A stretch of 20,338 nt of DNA from Candidatus Thalassarchaeaceae archaeon (GCA_030747675.1 JASLKH010000031.1:1-20338); one strand, 5' to 3'. Shown: positions 1-8,102, numbered from the stretch's first letter. The notes: generated by a model from the sequence alone, not told the origin. A program made the numbers and translations.

Positions 1-162
1 ACCTCCTCTCCCTCCACGTCCATGTACTCCATATCGAAGGCGTCCATGTTCTTCTACCTCTCTTCCTCCCCCTTGTCCCTCCTGATCTGCCTGACCTTCA
101 CCTTGTTCAATAAATCCAAATCCTTTTGTCTGATTAAACCACTTGACAGTTCCTTGTGCCAT
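1..162 (-). CDS. csp: Cold-shock protein (Csp family), N-terminal part only; homology stops at GATC 84-87 and the frame runs off the window edge
   Basis: Not in the ORF track. Manual translation from ATG at 162: MAQGTVKWFNQTKGFGFIEQGEGQAD, with the typical KWFN and RNP1 (KGFGFI) motifs, then QEGQGGGREVEEHGRLRYGVHGRGGRGG with no RNP2 (xFVH). Confidence 0.85.
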   Translation of the reverse strand, partial: MAQGTVKWFNQTKGFGFIEQGEGQADQEGQGGGREVEEHGRLRYGVHGRGGRGG

Positions 163-230
163 ATATCGGGGGGATGAAATAGACTACTTGATGTTACTGA
201 TGAAAAACTTCACCTAAAGCGCAGAAAAGG

Positions 231-304
231 TGGGCGATACAGGATTCGAACCCGTGTTCTCGGATTAGAAATCCAAGGTGATATCCAAGCTACACTAATC
301 GCCC
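231..304 (-). tRNA. tRNA-Arg (anticodon TCT), intron-less, CCA not fully encoded
   Basis: Reverse complement GGGCGATTAGTGTAGCTTGGATATCACCTTGGATTTCTAATCCGAGAACACGGGTTCGAATCCTGTATCGCCCA folds into a cloverleaf: acceptor GGGCGAT/ATCGCCC, anticodon stem TTGGA/TCCGA, loop TT-TCT-AA, T-loop TTCGAAT; the Arg identity element A20 is present. Confidence 0.95.
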
Positions 305-329
305 GTGTTTTAATGCGGTGCACAGCCCC

Positions 330-337
330 TTCATGAA
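330..337 (-). promoter_or_regulatory. Putative TATA-position element (TTCATGAA) of tRNA-Arg
   Basis: Lies 33-26 nt upstream of the mature tRNA 5' end; the same motif class occurs upstream of many genes in the window. Confidence 0.45.
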
Positions 338-351
338 CACTGCACATGGAT

Positions 352-930
352 TCATCTGAATAATTTCGCACATTTAGGACACCTAGTTGGTGCTCTAACT
401 GTAGAACGAGACCACTGAAAACCACAATGGGGACAATCCCATTCCTGCACATCTTGCTGTGCTAATGCTTGATTTTGGATACTTTGTAACAATGAGCTTT
501 CAGAAAGTTTTGGAGGAGGGGCTATTGCATTCAGGATCTCGGCGTGGCGTACATCGTGGTTGATTAGGCCAGCGGCATGTAAAAATTCATGAGCAAGGGT
601 GTGGACATACAACTTTTCATCTTCGAGCAATATGGGATGTAAGCCTATGGTTACATCACCAGGAGGCATTTTGTGTTTCTTCCTCATTTCGAGTTCCGCA
701 AGATGGGCCTCAAAACCAGTATTCCCCAAAACATTGGCATTGGGGTCAAGCCATTCAACGCGCACGCGCGAGAGATGCTGTAGGAAGGGTGCATCGTTTG
801 GGTCTATATTGTTCTGGATATATTCCACCAAACCAACAGGAATTGGCGGAGCACCATTTGGAATGTGACGTGCTTGGGCATTTACAGACACATAGCGATT
901 AATTCCGCCACCCACCGGAGTGTCAACCAT
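352..930 (-). CDS. SprT-like / zincin metalloprotease with C-terminal Zn ribbon (192 aa)
   Basis: HExxH motif (TLAHEFLHAAGLINH) preceded by IGLHPILL; C-terminal CPHC...RCPKC. Start reassigned to ATG 930 because GGTGAGG (SD) lies at 933-939 and the longer ORF overlaps tRNA-Ala. Confidence 0.75.
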   Translation of the reverse strand: MVDTPVGGGINRYVSVNAQARHIPNGAPPIPVGLVEYIQNNIDPNDAPFLQHLSRVRVEWLDPNANVLGNTGFEAHLAELEMRKKHKMPPGDVTIGLHPILLEDEKLYVHTLAHEFLHAAGLINHDVRHAEILNAIAPPPKLSESSLLQSIQNQALAQQDVQEWDCPHCGFQWSRSTVRAPTRCPKCAKLFR

Positions 931-1019
931 CGCCTCACCGCGAACCATCGAGGGGTTGGTGATGCTTAAAGCAACGTGGCGGTTCGCCGGCTTGCTCACG
1001 AACTTGTTTGTGTGTAAAT

Positions 1020-1092
1020 GGGCGCTTAGATCAGCTGGAAGATCGCTTGAGTGGCACTCAAGAGGCCGGGGGTTCAAATCCCCCAGCGTCCA
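1020..1092 (+). tRNA. tRNA-Ala (anticodon GGC), intron-less
   Basis: GGGCGCT-TA-GATC-AGCTGGAA-GATC-G-CTTGA-GTGGCAC-TCAAG-AGGCC-GGGGG-TTCAAAT-CCCCC-AGCGTCC-A; G3.U70 wobble and A73 (Ala identity). Confidence 0.97.
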
Positions 1093-1132
1093 CTCTTGTG
1101 ACCCATGTGGTTATGTCTTGGAAACCACTGCG

Positions 1133-2491
1133 ATGAATGTGGAACTGAAACCTGAAATTGGTTGGACCCATCCAACTGACCCGGTTGCGGAAGTTCAACA
1201 ATTTGCGACACCTGCTGCTCAGCGTCGCTATGATATAGACTGGTTGCGAGTAATTCTCTTTGCTTTACTCATCTGGTTCCATTACGCTGTATTCTCCCTA
1301 TGGCAAATTGAAGGCGACGATAGCAGCATGGAATTATTCAATCTTCCATTGTTCATCATCATAGGAGTGATGCATCAATGGCGACTTGCAGCATTATTCA
1401 TCATCTCAGGCATGGGGACTGCATTTGCTTTCAGACGTAGATCTTGGAAAACCTACATCAAAGAAAGAGGGGCTAGGCTTGGCCTTCCCTTATTATTTGG
1501 AACGTATATTTTGTTCTTCGGAATCTTTGAACCAATCGATGCAACACGGCGATTATTCACTCCATTCCCTGGATCTCAACACATGCCTTACGGTCATTTG
1601 TGGTTTATTTACAACTTACTGATTTACTCCATACTACTTACACCATTGTTTACTTATGTCAAAAATAATCCTAATGGGAAGTTGATTCAATTCGTCCGTT
1701 CAGTATTGAAAATTCGTTACGGAATGGGGTTGCTTTTACTCCCGCCCATCGTTCTATTTGTGAATGGATTATTGTTCAAGCCATGGGCATTTGGTGAAGT
1801 TGGTATGTGGTGGGAATTTCCTCGATATCTCCTCTACTTCTTTTTCGGATTCCTGATGATTTCAGCAAAGGAAGATTACTTTCCAGCGATTGACCGAATC
1901 AGAATTCCAATCACAATAATTGCACCCATCTTTGCAATTGCATGGTATACTGTGAATGAATCAAGTAGTATTCCACATGTAATGGATGGCGGGTGGGTAG
2001 AAGAAGGATACTCCACATTCTCATACGAGGCGACTGTGGCTACGTTTATCCAATCATTTCATGCTTGGTTTTGGTGTTTATTCATTTTCAGTTGGGCTTC
2101 AAAAATATTGAATCGACCAAGTAAATGGTTAGCTTATCTCAATGAGGCTGTATACCCGACATACATTGTCCATATGCACCTCACATTCCTACCAATCGCA
2201 ATCTTCGGAATTGCTGGTTTGGGATACTATGTTGGACTGACATTTGGCACAATTCTCGTCATGATTGGTGTGATGGTTTGCTTTGAAATTGCTAGAAGGG
2301 CTACATATGCTCGTGCCATATTCGGGATCAAAGGTGGACACGAAGAGGTGTCGAAATTATTTCCGTACAACATGACTGAAGAACGTAGTACCAAAATTAT
2401 TCTAGCAATCGTAGCACATATGCTTGTAATTGGCATGATTATCGGTTTGATGGTGGCCCTTATTGGAGCAGGAATTTTAACCGGAGGTTGA
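1133..2491 (+). CDS. Acyltransferase family 3 (OpgC/MdoC-like) polytopic membrane protein (452 aa)
   Basis: RRYDIDWLRV..LLIWFH N-terminal signature, LFIISG, HLWFIYNL, YLNEAVYPTYIVH; about 10-11 hydrophobic segments. Start moved to ATG 1133 because the ORF-track extension runs through tRNA-Ala. Confidence 0.85.
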   Translation: MNVELKPEIGWTHPTDPVAEVQQFATPAAQRRYDIDWLRVILFALLIWFHYAVFSLWQIEGDDSSMELFNLPLFIIIGVMHQWRLAALFIISGMGTAFAFRRRSWKTYIKERGARLGLPLLFGTYILFFGIFEPIDATRRLFTPFPGSQHMPYGHLWFIYNLLIYSILLTPLFTYVKNNPNGKLIQFVRSVLKIRYGMGLLLLPPIVLFVNGLLFKPWAFGEVGMWWEFPRYLLYFFFGFLMISAKEDYFPAIDRIRIPITIIAPIFAIAWYTVNESSSIPHVMDGGWVEEGYSTFSYEATVATFIQSFHAWFWCLFIFSWASKILNRPSKWLAYLNEAVYPTYIVHMHLTFLPIAIFGIAGLGYYVGLTFGTILVMIGVMVCFEIARRATYARAIFGIKGGHEEVSKLFPYNMTEERSTKIILAIVAHMLVIGMIIGLMVALIGAGILTGG

Positions 2492-2559
2492 GAATACCGT
2501 CCATTATGGTCCGCCCGAAGCATCAAATCATCTAGCGTAAACGCCGAAGCGGTGCGACT

Positions 2560-3576
2560 GTGGTGAAGCAAGTTATTCCCCTCGGGCTCATGTTTGTGTT
2601 ACTCCTCAGTCTAGTTCCAAATGCAATTGCATGTGAAACCGAAATCGGGCGAATCCCTTCACCCACTGGCATCTCACCCGACAAGGACGAATCGATGCGA
2701 GAAACTGTCCGCATCTCCAAAATTGGGCAAGAAACTGCTCGTTACTTATTGTGGGAAGTTCTGATGGGCGCAAACTATACTGAGAAATACATCGCAGAAC
2801 AAATCGATCAAGCAATGATTGATGCAGGTTCAAATCCAGACTGGAATTCTTTTGATACGATTGTTGCCAGTGGTGCAAATGGAGCCATACCTCACGGTGA
2901 TCCGGACAATAATGGGGCTGGGCCGAAACAAGTGATAGTTGGAGATGTCGTTGTAGTTGATTTGGGTGCACGTGTCAACGACTGGGTTAGTGATATCACA
3001 CGTTCTTATGTGGTGGGAGGTACAGACAACTTCACAATTATTGATTCATACATGGCAGTCTATGACGCCCAAAATTTGACATTTCCTGTTATCGAATCAG
3101 GTACACCAGCATGGGTTCCTGATGATATTGCGAGAGCACATATTACAGAGAAAGGGTATGGGGATTTGTTCACGCATTCCCTTGGACATGGCTTTGGAGT
3201 TTGTGTTCACGAGCCACCGTTGCTATCTAGCGGTTCAGATGACCCACTTTTTGGACTAAAATATAATCAACAGCCACTAATGGTATGGGATGCGGTAACA
3301 ATCGAACCTGGAATTTACCATGATGGATGGTTCGGCATTAGAATAGAAGATGATTTCCTTGTAAATAGCGATGGACACGAATTCCTTTCAGAAGACATAC
3401 CAAGAGATTTAGACTGGTTCATGATTTTGTCTGGAGATTATGAAAATTCATCTTTCACACCCATAAATGAAGAAAAGAGGGGGCAATCCAATGTTCCAGC
3501 TGTAGGTTTGTTTGAATCAATGGTCCTCTGCTCAGTAGTTGCTGTTCTTTACCGTCGTCGCGTAGAAATAAATTGA
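2560..3576 (+). CDS. M24 (Xaa-Pro aminopeptidase/prolidase-like) peptidase with signal peptide and C-terminal membrane anchor
   Basis: Metal ligands intact: VDLGA..SDITRS, HSLGHGFG..VHE, TIEPG, IRIEDD. Hydrophobic N-terminus ending AIA-C; C-terminal VPAVG + hydrophobic helix + RRR. GTG start (2560 or 2563). Confidence 0.9.
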   Translation: MVKQVIPLGLMFVLLLSLVPNAIACETEIGRIPSPTGISPDKDESMRETVRISKIGQETARYLLWEVLMGANYTEKYIAEQIDQAMIDAGSNPDWNSFDTIVASGANGAIPHGDPDNNGAGPKQVIVGDVVVVDLGARVNDWVSDITRSYVVGGTDNFTIIDSYMAVYDAQNLTFPVIESGTPAWVPDDIARAHITEKGYGDLFTHSLGHGFGVCVHEPPLLSSGSDDPLFGLKYNQQPLMVWDAVTIEPGIYHDGWFGIRIEDDFLVNSDGHEFLSEDIPRDLDWFMILSGDYENSSFTPINEEKRGQSNVPAVGLFESMVLCSVVAVLYRRRVEIN

Positions 3577-3646
3577 GACATGAGATGTACATTAGCCAAC
3601 TGATTATAGCAAAGGTATGATGAACGGTCGGTGATGGCCAAAGGCC

Positions 3647-5122
3647 ATGTATGGCATCACCATTGGACCGTATGGTATCATGATGACCATGATTGTATTA
3701 CTCACCCCACTACTTTGTTGGTCCTTCACCCGTAATCAAAAAGATTCTAGAGTCCCCATGAATCGAATATATTGTGAAATCAAGGGGAAAAAATACTACC
3801 TACACATCATGGGGTACTTACTGATCGTATTCTGGAAGCAAATTACAGACGCCTTAAATGAACCCATAAAAGTCAAAACTGGTCATTATACGGATTGGGT
3901 ACTAGCGTTTGAAGGAGAATCGGTCCTGTGGATTCAAGACTCATTTTCAAATGCTATTTTAACAGACGTCCTAAACTTTCATTACTTGTTCATCTATCTA
4001 TTTCTGATTTATGTGACTACAATATATTACATGTATACAGGAGAACGCGATCTGACAGATAAAGTCACACTCAATTACCTCCTAATATATGCTTTAGCAG
4101 TCCCTTATTATCTGTTCTTCAATGTGGAGGTGACAAGCTCATACATTCCAGGAATGGAAGCTCTTCTCTACCATGATGGGTGGTATACTGATTTCTATGC
4201 CACACATGACCCACTCGACAATTGTGTCCCAAGTTTGCATATTGCAATACCATTTGGAATTCTTGCACTCAATTGGTTGCATGTGCGTGACAAAGGGATA
4301 AAAATGAAAGAATGGAAACATTTGGCGTACCATCGCTTCATTCTTTGGAACACAATCCTATTTGCATTTGCAATTCTCTACCTTGGGATCCATTGGATTG
4401 TAGACATCCCATTAGGCATCATGATTGGAGGCATCGGAGCCTTGTTCATCCACCACATACAACCGCGCCTACGAAATGACTTCGGGCGAACATTCGAAGG
4501 TGTAAACCGCTTCAAATTTGGCCGCCATGCTCTATTTGAAGGAATTGTTGTCTTGTTGTTGTTTGCAGCAATAATGGGGGGTTTGAATTATCAAGAAAGC
4601 ACCATGGATGACCGCGCATCGATGAGACTTGGACCTGGAGATACAAAATTCGATATCATACAACCGACGGGGGAAGAATTTGCACATGTTTCTGTAACCA
4701 ATATGGATGAGGAATACACAATCCAAGTGACTTTGCTTACCTTGAAAGAAAGTGTTGAATTAATGGAAAATGGAGTGATCAATTGGAACGAGGAAAACCA
4801 ACCAAGGTGGGATGAGTGGATTGGTCCATCTGAGACAGGACTCTTTTTCTCCAATCAGAAGATAATTGATTTTGACTCCAATCACACTGAATGGACGTTA
4901 CTGATTATTCACCACCCTGGTACCGAGGAAGTGATTGATGTCCACATTTATGTTGAATATACTGAAGGAGTGCCTGTTAACCTCGCATTGTTACTCAGTA
5001 TCCCATCCCTATGGATGACTGGATTTGTCATCCACAGGCTCGTCCGATTGAAGGTTGAAGGGTTACCTTTGAGTGATTCAAGACCAAGTCATGCTTGGAA
5101 CAAATCAAGCGAAGATGAATGA
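3647..5122 (+). CDS. PAP2-superfamily (AUR1/IPC-synthase-like) membrane phosphatase/phosphotransferase with C-terminal soluble domain and terminal TM helix
   Basis: Motifs NCVPSLH and YLGIHWIVD, multiple TM segments. Confidence 0.85.
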   Translation: MYGITIGPYGIMMTMIVLLTPLLCWSFTRNQKDSRVPMNRIYCEIKGKKYYLHIMGYLLIVFWKQITDALNEPIKVKTGHYTDWVLAFEGESVLWIQDSFSNAILTDVLNFHYLFIYLFLIYVTTIYYMYTGERDLTDKVTLNYLLIYALAVPYYLFFNVEVTSSYIPGMEALLYHDGWYTDFYATHDPLDNCVPSLHIAIPFGILALNWLHVRDKGIKMKEWKHLAYHRFILWNTILFAFAILYLGIHWIVDIPLGIMIGGIGALFIHHIQPRLRNDFGRTFEGVNRFKFGRHALFEGIVVLLLFAAIMGGLNYQESTMDDRASMRLGPGDTKFDIIQPTGEEFAHVSVTNMDEEYTIQVTLLTLKESVELMENGVINWNEENQPRWDEWIGPSETGLFFSNQKIIDFDSNHTEWTLLIIHHPGTEEVIDVHIYVEYTEGVPVNLALLLSIPSLWMTGFVIHRLVRLKVEGLPLSDSRPSHAWNKSSEDE

Positions 5123-5150
5123 AAGTTGTTTTGTTCAAACGTACAACTTT
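5122..5150. repeat. Inverted repeat AAAGTTGT-N13-ACAACTTT directly after the PAP2 stop; possible terminator or protein-binding site
   Basis: Perfect 8-bp arms at 5122-5129 and 5143-5150. Confidence 0.4.
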
Positions 5151-5220
5151 AATGATAAAAATTGGACATTTATTCAGAATGTTCCCAAATTGATGTGAAA
5201 AAGAATCAATTTTGGACTAA

Positions 5221-6771
5221 ATGATTAAGAGGGGGCATTTTAGGTCAGGCCCTCTAGGGGCGTGGCTTATGCTGGCAGCGGAAGAAAGTAGAGGGGCGAA
5301 TGCTACAAGTTTGAAATCAGAGGTTTCAATTCAACTACCTGTAGCTGAACAATCAAAAATAAATCGGGAAATTGCAGATACATATCATCGATACCACATA
5401 GATGCTATTGAAACTGAAGACCGACAAAAAATTCCTCGTAGATTCAATGTGAAAGTTGGTAAATTTGGATTGGCTAAACTACTTGCTAAGGAGTTTTTCA
5501 AGTACTTTGGTCATTGGGATGTTGTCTTTTCCAGACCTTGTACATATGGGGTTTTCAGTGGCCCAGTTGGTGGATTCTCCCCTCGGCCAGACTTATGTGT
5601 CGGATGTTTACGGTGTGAAATTCAACATCCTGAATTTGTGAAAGTCTCACCTAATCCAGAGCTTGCTAAACTTGGAGATTCATACCTCACTAGCAAGCAT
5701 ATTGCTAGAATTAATGAAGAATCCAAAAAAGGTTCAGTCCCAGTACGTGGTCAAGGATATCGTGGCAAATTTGGGGGACCAGGTTTTGATCAGATGTTTA
5801 CAGACATGTCTGAAATCGTACGGCCAAGTCGTGATGGGATTCACGGTCGTGAATTAATTGGTACAAGTGTAGATCTTGGTTACAAACCAATGTACCTTTC
5901 ATTTCATAAAAATGGAAGTTTGCTTAATTCGCCGAAGATGATGACGATTCAAGTTCCATTCGTATTTGATGCACCGCCCTCATCAGTTGATCAGATTGTA
6001 TCCCGGATTTATGCTCAAGCAGCAGAAGATATCGACACATTAGCGTTCTTGCCCAATGAAACTGTTACTGCGCTAGGACTTTCTTCAGCACACGTGGTAC
6101 CAATGATCCCTCCTAATGAAATCGGTTCAATTGAAAGTCATGGAAATGGCACGAGAATGGTTGAAATGACCACTTGGAGCCCTGAAGCATGGGCTGTTGT
6201 CAAGGACCATCCCTTACTTGTATCTGTCAGATTGCCATTCATTGGAGATTGGAAATCAAGGCTAATCGAAATGGTCAACTCAGGTGTATCTATAATCCGA
6301 CTTGTTGCAGACCACCATGGCCTAAGTGACCAAGGTGAATTTGTGATGGATTTATTCCAAGAAGCACATTTCACTTTGGTGAAGAATGGTAATCGTGACG
6401 AAGTCACCCTCATGGGTTCAGGAGGAATTGCTGGTGCAGATCATCTACCAAAAGCAATCATCACAGGAATGGATGCCGTAGGATTAGATCATCCACTCCT
6501 CATTGCAATGCAGGCACATCTCAGTGGGGATTTGCGGGCACGTGATGTAGCGGATGTTTTGTTACCAAAAAAACTGGACACAGATTGGGGAGTTCAACGA
6601 ATTTTGAATTTATCTTGCTCATGGCGTGATCAGCTTCTAGAAATTCTCGGCGCAATGGGGATTCGCGAGGTGCGTCGTCTGAGAGGAGAAATCGGGCGTG
6701 CAATGTGGTGTGGCCACCTAGAAGAAGAAGCGTTTGGTGATATTGATGGATTTATTGGAGGTGGGCATTGA
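5221..6771 (+). CDS. Glutamate-synthase-related barrel protein with N-terminal ferredoxin-like Fe-S domain; catalytic motifs degenerate
   Basis: RPCTYGV...CVGCLRCEIQHP; PVRGQGY..GFDQMFTDMSEIVRP; C-terminal GSGGIAGADHLPKAIITGMDAV and IREVRRLRG resemble GltB2. Lacks MSYG, TGEGG, QGAKPG and the C-terminal Cys cluster. Start uncertain (5221 or 5269). Confidence 0.8.
   Translation: MIKRGHFRSGPLGAWLMLAAEESRGANATSLKSEVSIQLPVAEQSKINREIADTYHRYHIDAIETEDRQKIPRRFNVKVGKFGLAKLLAKEFFKYFGHWDVVFSRPCTYGVFSGPVGGFSPRPDLCVGCLRCEIQHPEFVKVSPNPELAKLGDSYLTSKHIARINEESKKGSVPVRGQGYRGKFGGPGFDQMFTDMSEIVRPSRDGIHGRELIGTSVDLGYKPMYLSFHKNGSLLNSPKMMTIQVPFVFDAPPSSVDQIVSRIYAQAAEDIDTLAFLPNETVTALGLSSAHVVPMIPPNEIGSIESHGNGTRMVEMTTWSPEAWAVVKDHPLLVSVRLPFIGDWKSRLIEMVNSGVSIIRLVADHHGLSDQGEFVMDLFQEAHFTLVKNGNRDEVTLMGSGGIAGADHLPKAIITGMDAVGLDHPLLIAMQAHLSGDLRARDVADVLLPKKLDTDWGVQRILNLSCSWRDQLLEILGAMGIREVRRLRGEIGRAMWCGHLEEEAFGDIDGFIGGGH
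6757..6763 (+). promoter_or_regulatory. Shine-Dalgarno site GGAGGTG for the second glt gene (TGATG stop/start overlap at 6769-6773)
   Basis: Complementary to the archaeal 16S 3' end; 7 nt before ATG 6771. Confidence 0.8.
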
Positions 6772-8102
6772 TGGCTGCTAAAGAATGGAAGAAACCAAGC
6801 CCAAAATTATTGGAAAAGACACAACATTTGATGCATGATGGATTTCATCAAAGGGCGTCTCCCGATACACCCTATGGCTTGCCTGAAGCGCTTGGTGATG
6901 CTCGCTGGACGGATGAATTAATTGCTTCAACATGGTATATGGCTGAAACGGGAGAATGTCCACCTCATCTAAACTACAAAACTGGTAAGAGTGGAGGGGG
7001 TTTTGATCGTCTTGAATTCAAAGAAGTACCCAAAGAAAATCAATTATCTGAAGACTCTGAAGTAGATATTTCTCTGAATTTAAACAGAAGGGGTGATAAT
7101 CGACGTGAGTTGAAAATTGACATCCCATGGTATGGAGGGGGGATGTCATATGGTTCTGTTTCTGTAAACGTAATGATGTCGAGAGCATTGAATGCAAAAA
7201 ACTGGAACACACTCATGTCGACAGGAGAGGGTGGATATCCTGATCAATTATACGCTTGTAAAGAGAATGTAATTACACAAGTTGCAACAGGATACTTTGG
7301 TGTTGAAGAGAAATCAATCCAAGCCGCACCTATTATTGAGTTCAAGTACGCTCAAGGGGCAAAGCCAGGATTAGGTGGGCATCTTCTTGCTTCTAAAGCT
7401 GGAGATGAAGTTGCAAAGATGCGTGGTAGTGTACCTTTCGTGAGTCTTTTCAGCCCATTCCCGTTCCATTCCACATATTCTGTGGAAGATCACATGAAAC
7501 ACCTTGATTGGATTAAAACAATCAATCCTACGGCATTAATGTCCGTGAAAGTAAGCACACCACACGATGTAGATATGGTCGCAGTTGGTTCTTACTACGC
7601 AGGTGCACATATCGTGCACCTGGATGGTAGTTTTGGTGGAACTGGTGCAGCACCTGAAATCGCCAAGAAGAATATTGCCATGCCCATCGAATTAGCAATT
7701 CCCAAGGTACACAAATTCATGCTAAAAGAAGGGGTGCGAGATAATGTCACAATTATCGCTAGTGGCGGAATTCGTACTGCTGACGATATTGCAAAGGCTA
7801 TTGCCCTAGGGGCAGATGGCTGCGTACTTGGAACCAGTGATTTAGTGGCGATGGGTTGTACTCGATGCTCTAATTGTGAAGGGGGGCCATCAGGACGCGG
7901 TTGCCCATGGGGATTGACTACAACAGATACTGAACTACAAGAATGGGTTCAGCAAGCATGGGGGGCAAACAGGTTGGACAATTACTACAAAGCAGTATCA
8001 GAAAGAATTCGAGAAATTCTCAGAGAATTAGGACTTAATGAAATTGGTCAACTACGAGGCCGGACTGATTTACTTCGATATATTTCAGGAGGTGAGGCTT
8101 AA
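6771..8102 (+). CDS. gltB2: Glutamate synthase FMN-binding subunit (archaeal GltB2-type)
   Basis: GGMSYG, TGEGG, QVATGYFGV, KYAQGAKPGLGGHL, GGTGAAP, IASGGIRTADDIAKAIALGAD and the Fe-S motif GCTRCSNC..GCPWG. Start set to ATG 6771 (overlaps the upstream stop, SD present). Confidence 0.9.
   Translation: MAAKEWKKPSPKLLEKTQHLMHDGFHQRASPDTPYGLPEALGDARWTDELIASTWYMAETGECPPHLNYKTGKSGGGFDRLEFKEVPKENQLSEDSEVDISLNLNRRGDNRRELKIDIPWYGGGMSYGSVSVNVMMSRALNAKNWNTLMSTGEGGYPDQLYACKENVITQVATGYFGVEEKSIQAAPIIEFKYAQGAKPGLGGHLLASKAGDEVAKMRGSVPFVSLFSPFPFHSTYSVEDHMKHLDWIKTINPTALMSVKVSTPHDVDMVAVGSYYAGAHIVHLDGSFGGTGAAPEIAKKNIAMPIELAIPKVHKFMLKEGVRDNVTIIASGGIRTADDIAKAIALGADGCVLGTSDLVAMGCTRCSNCEGGPSGRGCPWGLTTTDTELQEWVQQAWGANRLDNYYKAVSERIREILRELGLNEIGQLRGRTDLLRYISGGEA
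8088..8096 (+). promoter_or_regulatory. Shine-Dalgarno site GGAGGTGAG for the third glt gene (TAATG overlap at 8100-8104)
   Basis: Full GGAGGTGA match 5-6 nt before ATG 8102. Confidence 0.85.

Noticed and set aside
920-1132. N-terminal extensions of ORFs 920..2491 (+) and 352..1077 (-)
   Set aside because: They run through tRNA-Ala; homology and SD evidence support starts at 1133 and 930.
1020-2560. Integrative element at tRNA-Ala or tRNA-Arg
   Set aside because: No integrase and no duplicated tRNA 3' end seen in the window.
3577-3646. Second possible C/D sRNA (ATGAGA...CTGA; ATGATGA)
   Set aside because: No terminal stem or complete box set; ATGATGAA is better explained as the promoter-position motif.
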